A DNA stretch of 64,000 nucleotides from Tubulanus polymorphus. Lineage: Eukaryota > Animalia > Nemertea. Under the pieces are notes generated by a model, which was given only the letters and a program-made list of their open reading frames with translations, was not told where the DNA came from and ran no database searches. The translations under genes were made by a program, and so were the position numbers. Within the stretch, counting starts at the first letter, position 1, and every line of letters begins with the position of its first letter. The stretch spans positions 4,680,600 through 4,744,599 of the forward strand of contig NC_134036.1 in the NCBI RefSeq assembly GCF_964204645.1, read 5' to 3'. Below are positions 40,508 to 64,000 of this stretch, piece after piece.

Positions 40508-40991
40508 TTGGTTTTTTGCAAAATGAAATAGATAGACGTTCATCAATTTATATCAAGGTATAAAAGAAAGATGTTAACCGGAAACATCGGTCCCGAGAAA
40601 CCACGACACTATTTGATCTATAAAGAATCCTACCTAGTCCTTCGTCGTAAAGATTCCTCGAGCGACTTTATTTCCAATAAAACCCGCGGCGCTGCGCACG
40701 AATTTCGCTCCGATAACGATCGCGTCGTTAACGATACCCTCTGCCGCTGGCAAAGGTCGCCCGGTGCAGTTCTATTTAGATCGCATCGAAAAACAACCCC
40801 GGGGAAATATATACGTCGTCGATGTTTTTATTTCGATTGCGTAATAATCGATCTTAAGTAAAGCGGTTTCTGATTTCAAAGAGATTCTAGGAAACTAGAT
40901 CGTTTCGTTTTTAAAAGATGTCGACAAAATCGACGATCAGCCTCAATCGGCTACAATTTCCTTTTTACTTTCTACGTGAAAGGTCTATAGT

Positions 40992-41133
40992 AACAGTTTA
41001 TTACCTTCCAGTTTCGAGGTTCAAACTAAACCTCATCATCAGAGGAACAAAATTTTTTGGGAAATTTTTCTAAATTGTTCGTCTGATGATGAGGTTTAGT
41101 TTGAACCTGGAAACTGGAAGGCAATAAACTGTT
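40992..41133. mobile_element. Palindrome (about 58-bp arms) of two divergent hammerhead-like motifs; Penelope-like remnant
   Basis: CTGATGA-T-GAGGTT(TAGTTTG)AACCTC-GAAAC-TGGAAGG(T/C)AATAAA in both arms (+ core 41083-41089, - core 41036-41042). Confidence 0.65.
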
Positions 41134-43145
41134 TTTACGAAAGTAACTGTGGGTTTTATTCGTGAGAATACACTGAGATTTACATCAGTTCACTGCAGTC
41201 AAAGGGAAGAACCTTGCATAAGTGGTTCTTTGAAAGAACGTTCAGGGTGTTCTCACTGAGTGGCGAGCTAAAGAACCTCTGAATGTTCTATAGAAGGACC
41301 CATTGTTCTAGCGATATATCCAAGCATATCTCATGATGTGTCATCGTCGAATAAGCAACAATCTTTCAACATATTTTCATACCGTTTTAGACTTTGATAG
41401 TGGCCAAAAATATGTACTCGAAATCTTAGGCGTGTAAGTTACAATTCATTATGACTAATACTCAGTAGTAGCCCGGGCATTCGCCTCCTGTTCAGGGACT
41501 ATCATTTCCATAAAAGATGCACACGTTAATTCTGCTGCGCTATCCTATCCGGGTTGCCGAGTATGTTTTTCATCAGCAACTATAGTTAACGTGAATGAAC
41601 ATAAACGTCGCATCAGACAGTCCCTAGATGCTTGTGAGATGTAGCATTTCCCGGTAACCCGACCGAGGGTGCGTCACGGGAAAATCGGCTATTTCGTCAC
41701 GATATTCGCGAGCGTATGATAAATATTTACTAACGCGGGAATAAACGTTTACAAATGTCAATCTATCGCTCGATTCGATTCACGAACCAATTTAACAAGA
41801 ATATTTCGATATCAACATCGATATACTTGTAGTTCTATACTAACAATGACTTCTAACGTCGGAACGCTTGTTATAAACCCAATAATCACTTGAAATGAAA
41901 TTACTTATATTCAATCAGTTAAATGGACGATGAAACAGTTTGATAATGCGACAGATACAGCGCATTCTGTTTCGTGTTTAAGCAATGTAACTGATGAAGC
42001 GTAATCATCTATAAGCGGTTAAGTTGCCACGACCAATTAAGAATTAACTTCTCAATTTGGGGTTGCAAATCGGGCAGTTTAGGTTCTACGACCGATTCAA
42101 ATTCTGACCAGCGGTTGAACCTCGTAAGGGTGAGGTTTGTGTGTGTCGATCACTGCCGTCCGGTGACATTTCGGCCCTGGATGCGTAGGCGCCTGATGAC
42201 CGCTAATCAGCCACCGGTGCTCCCGCGTGGATACCTCGGCGCATAAACGATGAGAACGTCTGCGACCTTTAGCCGTCGAAACCGTGTTCTTTCGACATTC
42301 AAGCGCCGCCGAAGGTCACCACGGAGCCATCGCATGGTGTATATACAGCGTGAATGATAAACAATGTCAGGTGCTAATCCGGCGGGCCTCGTGGGCCTAG
42401 CACATCGAATGCAGCGGGTGGGTTTTGCCGGCCTATATACGACCCAGAGATTGTTTTCTTCCCCTTTTCTGAATGAATTATCCACTATTACTGTTATCAG
42501 TCGTGACGTAAGTTCAAAAGTGATATCGGATATCAAAACTGGTCTTAAATTGTTAGATCGTCTTCGTAACTAAGATGGCCTTAGACTGAGGTCAGTTGCA
42601 TTTAGTCATGGCTTGTATTTATGACCAATTCAAGACAAACTTAGTTATGTAATCGATCTAACAACGTAAGACCGGACTTAAGATTTAAGACTATCCTTTT
42701 TGGCTTAGGCTACGCAACCGAGCCCACGACTTAAACCGTAGCCAAGACTATGCAACTGACCCCGGGAACTTAAGTGACTCTTGCGCGGTGCATATCTTAC
42801 ACGTAAATCCAAAGTGCTCGCGCAAGATTATGTATGGTGTGCTTAGATGCTTTCAGATATAAAACAGCGCCCGTGGCAATAACGTCGAAATAACTGACTG
42901 ACACATTAGGATGGATCACTGCACATGCTAATCCATTATCTAATGAAGTCTACACGATTTAAATGATTTCGAAATTAACTCTCTAGCTACCCTTGGAGTA
43001 GAGCCACACACCGGTACAAGCTATGCACCGACGACGATAAAAAAGTGACGAATTTCGATGATAGTAATAAAACGAGTTAGTTTTCATGCGGAAAACGTAT
43101 TCAGAATATTTTAATGCAACTTATATTCTGTTCGTGTATTTTCAG

Positions 43146-58503
<15,358 letters not shown>

Positions 58504-59153
58504 TCCGTCTGAGCGTATTTTGCGAACGACCCCGACGCGACAATTCCGTTTATTCCGCATTTTTAAAGAGCCCCGGTCAGCTCGGTGACGGCGTCGATTT
58601 ATTTGTGAAAAGTGACGAGTGATGGTTATTTTCTGTTTAAGATTTATCTTAATTCCATACGAGATAATTTGTTTTAAATTTCACCGAGAAATGATATGGG
58701 AGTTAATCAAAGTCGTCGGACTCGATTTATCAAAAATTAAGTTATCAATTTATTTTTGCTTAATCTATTCAAATATCAAATACGAAATCCTATAGGATAC
58801 GACGAAAAAAAGAAAACATTCGCTCCGCCTCCTAAGAACCGGTGGTTGAATATTGTATTACGCGTGTATTACGTCATCGATAACTGTGTTCTATCTATAA
58901 TACGTCGTTCTCTGATGAAATAATGTGTTGTGTTCTACGTCATCATATCAAGTACGGTGTATACGTGACGATGTAAACATCGAAATGTGTACTTCGTCAC
59001 CGCAAACGAGATCTATTGAATTAATTAGAACAATAAGAACAGTCCTAGTTCCATTGCTGATCAGCTGCAATTAACGTGGGAAAAATACGCGCAAATGACT
59101 CGAAACGGGACTTAAGGGCCATTTGTTTACTTGTATCCGTTGATAATGTTAAC

Positions 59154-59159
59154 AATAAA
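59154..59159 (+). terminator. Candidate polyadenylation signal (AATAAA) of the + strand gene
   Basis: AATAAA about 650 nt after the stop, following repeat-free UTR-like sequence; no transcript support. Confidence 0.3.
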
Positions 59160-62100
59160 AAAACGGTAATGCTATTCCGCTGCACACAAAATTACAAAAA
59201 TTATTATCAACATGTATTCGAGAATGATATATCAAAAATCGGAGACAAGTTCATTTCGTATTTAAAGTCAGAAATCCCTATTTCGAGATTAAAAAAAAGA
59301 AATAACCTCTGATTAAACGCCCTGTTAATGTGACAACGTTGTTGAAGGTCCTACGCTGAGAAAAAATTAAAAGAATCTGATAAGTTTCCTTGACTGAGTT
59401 TGACTTAGACGAGCAGTTTATTTCGTAGTTCAGACTGATATCCCAATTAAAGATCAATTAAAATTACTCGGATAGCGAAATCACGCGTTCGATCAATTAA
59501 CTACTAATTGTAATAATTATCGAAGTTTTCATTTTGTTAGACATTTTATCCTATGTAAATAGAATTGAAGTGACAATATCGTGAGCTTTTGTTTCGCCCG
59601 CTGGTTTGCACTCGCATGCCACCGAAGCCTTTAATCCAGCCGCTGGCACGCGAGGACCACGCGCGCCGCATGAAAATACACACAAGCCTACGCACGTGAT
59701 AATACACTGTCGTAATTATAATCATGGTTATTATTGGTGTTATTATTATCATTATCGTTGAATTTTCTTATTTTGATAATTTCAATACCGACCGCGTACG
59801 CGATCCCTCTGTGAATATCGACCAGAAATTAAAATCCCCGCTTACCAGGGCGGCCTTCCGAATTCCGCTGCCGACAAAACGCGTATCGTAAATCTTCGGA
59901 CAACCTCTCGTAAGAGATGGCTGCCGACCGAGTTCCCATATGACGTCACAAAGTTGCCTATTCGTTATCTAGTGTTTAGACAGTTCCAAGAAACCTGCTT
60001 AGCATCCGGGTCGCCCTACAAGATGGTCGAATCGCAGGCTCGTTATTAGATTCTCGAATCCGGGCATAAAAGAGAGAAATCTACAATAACATCCCCTCTA
60101 GACTTACTCGAATTGCCTACCAGCGTATGGATATTTCCAGCCATTCTTTCCGCGATTGTTCCAATGATTTGCCGACGTCTGCACAGGAACTTCGGTAAAG
60201 GCAGCCATCTTTTCGAACAGCGACTCTGGTAATGAGTCATTGCGTTGGTTAGCCGCAAAAAAGGACAAATGATAGATACCTTATCTGATAAAGGGAGAGC
60301 CCAGTGTTTAATTAACTAACTTCAGCCCCCCCCCCCCCCCCAAGAGCATATATGTAAATATCATACACAAAGACAAAAAACTATACGGTGATAATTTTTT
60401 TGTGAATTACGTCATTGTTGTTATTGTCACGTGGTAACGCGACGAGCCGTTCGAATCCATAATATCAGCGCGAGTCTTTCATTGGCGATCGTTACAATTT
60501 AAAACCTCATTTTTTCATATTTTCTGGCAATTCATCTTTATCACTTTATCAAAATCCGTCAGAAAAATTAAACATTTATATTTTTGCATTAATTTTTTCA
60601 GATTTTTGTATTTCTTTGTGTTTTCAGGAAGATTTTATCAATTTGTTATTATCAAATCAGTCCGATCAAATTCTATCGTCATTTTTGGGTAATCATTTTC
60701 CAAGAATTTTGCTGATATGCAGCAAGCGCCAGGAATATTTGTTTGTAAACTTTTCTGTCCCCACTTGGAAATTCACGCAATTTCTCCGAAATCGTTTTCG
60801 GCAGTGTAGCGCACTAAATGAATGTTTTTTTTTTCTGGTATAGACAGCGAAGTAAAGTAAATATCGTTTTTCGAATATTAGTTTCAGTCACTCGGATTTC
60901 GTGGATTCTAACGGCTCCATATTAAGCGTATTCGTCAACAAAAGATAAATTCTATTCCACTGTCGGTTTTTTAGCGCGCTGATAAAATCTCTCGGGAGCG
61001 GGCAATGGCAATCGAGTTCTCATTGTTACAGAGATTACGCACGACTGTTCTTCGCTCTTAACCATCGGAGCCCAGTCGATTCGGTAAATCCTAGTAAGAC
61101 CGGAGACAGATTTCTTCGGCATATCGCTTCATGCCGAATTTTGTACGGTGTGCCATGAGCGACGCTACGCGAAATTTCGTGCTGGATTTTGTGGGCTATA
61201 TATATATATATATATATATACAGTTCTACATATTGTGAGCTTGAGGTTACTCTGAGCGCTTGGTACCGCGGTCCGAATTGCGTTATTCCGAAAGAGTTCG
61301 AAAACTCGTCGCCGTTGCTTGCTCGCGAGGGTTCTAGGCTTTTGTTTCGAGTGCGATAGCGATGGTAAACGCTAAGTCACCTCTGACCACATTCAGGAGA
61401 GTGGGGATTCGAATTCGGCACCGTTGAGACTCAACCGCCGATGTCGCGGTATCGAGCGAGTCTGTGCGATCGAAAATGTAGCATTCAAAGAAGTAGAGGA
61501 GCCTTGTAGAAAATTGATAAAAGTGAAAACATTCCAGTTCCGCGTTAGCTTAACTGATATTAGTTGGAATAACGAGCTTTCGCTTCCAGTGTATATAATA
61601 TGAGGGTTTTCAGGCAAACGAGTTTACTAACGATATCTTCAAAAATTGAAATAAAATGATAGAAAATATCGCCTTTCTCATTTATTTACGATGCACTAGT
61701 AAAGGAAGTTCGTAATTTCGAATAAAATCATATTAACCTATGCGGAACTACCTGTTTTCGTGTATAAGGTTGTAAACGTTGGAAGCGTGGCGTTGAAAGG
61801 TGTTTGTTTTTTTTTGCGAAATCGGACAGTGTTATATCATGATACATTATGTAAAATAAAAATGTATATTTTGAAACGAAGTTTTTCCCGGTTTATTTCG
61901 ATTTCTTCCGATGTTAGAAAAGGCTGTTTTATGCGCCGGAAATCGTGGCGACACGCAGCCTGGAAACACCCGATCGAGATAACGACGGCAGAATTTTCAC
62001 GCAGAGCAATGAATACAAACTAGGAGAGGAAAAGAAAAGGAGCCGTTTTAAACCTGACGTCGAATCAGAAAACGACGTAAAGACAGACAGAACTATGAAT

Positions 62101-62841
62101 GTTGAAATTCAACTGTTTGTGTTTAGATTACGGGCTCTCGCTGCTAGTGTTATGTAGTTCGATCAGGGAAATACGAAAACATTACACTTAAATACACGGA
62201 TTAACATTAAACGTCTATATGGATTATCTGGCATATGTGTATATCGTTTAACAAAAAGTAAGTCAGCCAAACGAGTTTGCCCCGAAAGTATCAATGAGCG
62301 ACTTCAACCAGAAGCCCACGCGCGAACCTATAGTATAGATGCTCGAATGCCACTGACGAACGTACAGTTATCAAAATCAGAATTATTTCTAGGTAGAGTA
62401 GTTCCTAAATCGGCTAAACATCGATTAACATCCATAGTAGAATAAACACAGTATAAACTAGCTAAGATTCGATTAACATCTACAGTAGATACACTCAAAC
62501 GTATAGAATAGATGATTAAACCCATTATGCGCAAATTCAAAATTTCAATGTATTACTCCATGCTTGATTACTGAGAAATATACTCAATTAACTTCTTCTT
62601 TCCTGTATATAAAGGCCTCGTTTGTAGTATATGCATGGCAACACTGACAGTTTCATTACTAATTTCAAATTTTGACTTTTGAATACCAATTTTCTTCTTT
62701 AGTAGTTGGTTTTTCTATAAAAATAACTACCGTATACATATCACAGATAATAGCGCGCATACCGAAGCCATGTCCAATTAAAAGTCGGTCATTTATCACA
62801 GAATGTAGCCCATATGAATATATTACGAGGAAAACTCGGCG

Positions 62842-64000
62842 TCAGTCGGATTGAACCTCGCATCGACTACTGCGACACTCGTTGCAGGCCCGTATCAACT
62901 TCTTCAGCTCCGACTCCTGGTAGCGCACGTGTTTCAGGTTATCTTCGTACGTACGTCGCAGCGTGCCGTTCATCGCGTCCTGGGCCGGGTCGGTCTCGTC
63001 TGCGTACGCCTGTTCTAGGGTGTCCTCCAGCCAGGCCCGGTCGGCGCAAACTTGCCGCAGTTCGTTGACCAGCAGCTGCAGGTAGCGCATGTGCTCGGCG
63101 CCGCGTACCTCGACGCGCTGTCCGCCGCCGCGACGTCGAGGCGTCGTAACGTCGATAGGCGGCACCAACGGGCGGGCGGCGACTGCCGGGTTCTCGGCAA
63201 AGTTCGGCGCGCTGGCCGGACCACTGAAATTCTGATTAACGCTCAAAGCGTCGGTCGTTTTTCGACTGACGTTCGACGCCTCTTTGCGAAGCTTCGCGTC
63301 GGTAGTAGGCACCCGGTCGTCTCGGAGTTTCTCGGGCTTCGTCGCATTCGACGTGCCGACCCGTTCGCCATCTAGCGGTCGTTGTTGACCGCTCTCTTGC
63401 GACGCTAGGTAATTGCGGTACATAGTGTTCTTCGACGATCTCGGGCTTTCGGCATCCCACGGTAAACTGCGCGCGCGTATGCGTATGTTTCGTTTGTTTG
63501 TCGCCTCTTTTTCGGTCGTCTTTTCGCCGGTGTCGACCGGGCTGGTTTGACTGTCGTTCTCGAGGCGGCTCGCCGGCGGGATCGCGTCGGGCGTGTCCGT
63601 CTGGACTGCCGTGTCGACGCGATTCGAATCGGCGACGCTCGCCGGCGAAGTCGGTACCGACGGAACCCGATAGATGTCGACGTTGTTCTCGGCGTATGGG
63701 GCGATATCGTCGGTTTGAGTAACCATCGAAAGTTTCCTCGGTTCTTCGTCAGTTTTATCTTTAACCGAAGGTGCTTCGTTCGTAGCATTTGCCGGTTTTC
63801 CAGCGTCCATCACATCCGAAGCGGTTTTTACCGTTTCCTCGTCATCGGCATCGTTTGCTTTGTCATCGTCATCAACCACAACGGCATCACCGCCATCGTT
63901 GTCATTATCGCCGTCATCTTTCATCTTCTCCTCATCCGCTTCGGGTAACTCTTCCAATGTGGGCCCGGCGTCGCGATCTCGCTGGCGACGCGCGGACGTG
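62842..64000 (-). CDS. Large terminal coding exon of an unidentified protein: disordered acidic/Pro-rich region, then a helical/coiled-coil-like C-terminus; 5'-truncated by the window edge
   Basis: The 371-aa ORF stays open upstream of the TTG at 63957 to the window edge (TSARRQRDRDAGPTLEELPE...). GC-rich coding-like composition; TGA stop at 62842-62844. Confidence 0.85.
   Translation of the reverse strand, partial: TSARRQRDRDAGPTLEELPEADEEKMKDDGDNDNDGGDAVVVDDDDKANDADDEETVKTASDVMDAGKPANATNEAPSVKDKTDEEPRKLSMVTQTDDIAPYAENNVDIYRVPSVPTSPASVADSNRVDTAVQTDTPDAIPPASRLENDSQTSPVDTGEKTTEKEATNKRNIRIRARSLPWDAESPRSSKNTMYRNYLASQESGQQRPLDGERVGTSNATKPEKLRDDRVPTTDAKLRKEASNVSRKTTDALSVNQNFSGPASAPNFAENPAVAARPLVPPIDVTTPRRRGGGQRVEVRGAEHMRYLQLLVNELRQVCADRAWLEDTLEQAYADETDPAQDAMNGTLRRTYEDNLKHVRYQESELKKLIRACNECRSSRCEVQSD

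Overview
This is eukaryotic, invertebrate-like animal genomic DNA: moderately AT-rich, with CpG-rich unique segments and GT-AG introns. It is not prokaryotic and has no CRISPR array, rRNA or operons. Two convergent protein-coding genes are supported. (1) A + strand gene that the ORF track largely misses: ten phase-compatible exons from 43146 to the TAA at 58503 encode about 393 aa (N-terminus not found) of an acidic, dibasic-site-rich, granin/prohormone-like protein. (2) The large last coding exon of a - strand gene (62842 to beyond 64000), mostly disordered, with LC8-type xQT motifs and a helical C-terminus. The remainder is a mosaic in which CpG-rich unique blocks alternate about every 1.0-1.3 kb with short repeats. 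These repeats include dispersed minisatellite families (about 39, 47, 60, 63, 92 and 105 bp units), three MITE families with GG(G)CC/GGTCC termini, a 573-bp non-autonomous piggyBac, tRNA-derived SINE-like heads and a 414-bp tandem duplication. Four inverted-repeat loci carry hammerhead-ribozyme-like cores of the Penelope-retroelement type. Most ORFs in the supplied track are spurious. All coordinates were read by eye, and repeat boundaries are approximate.
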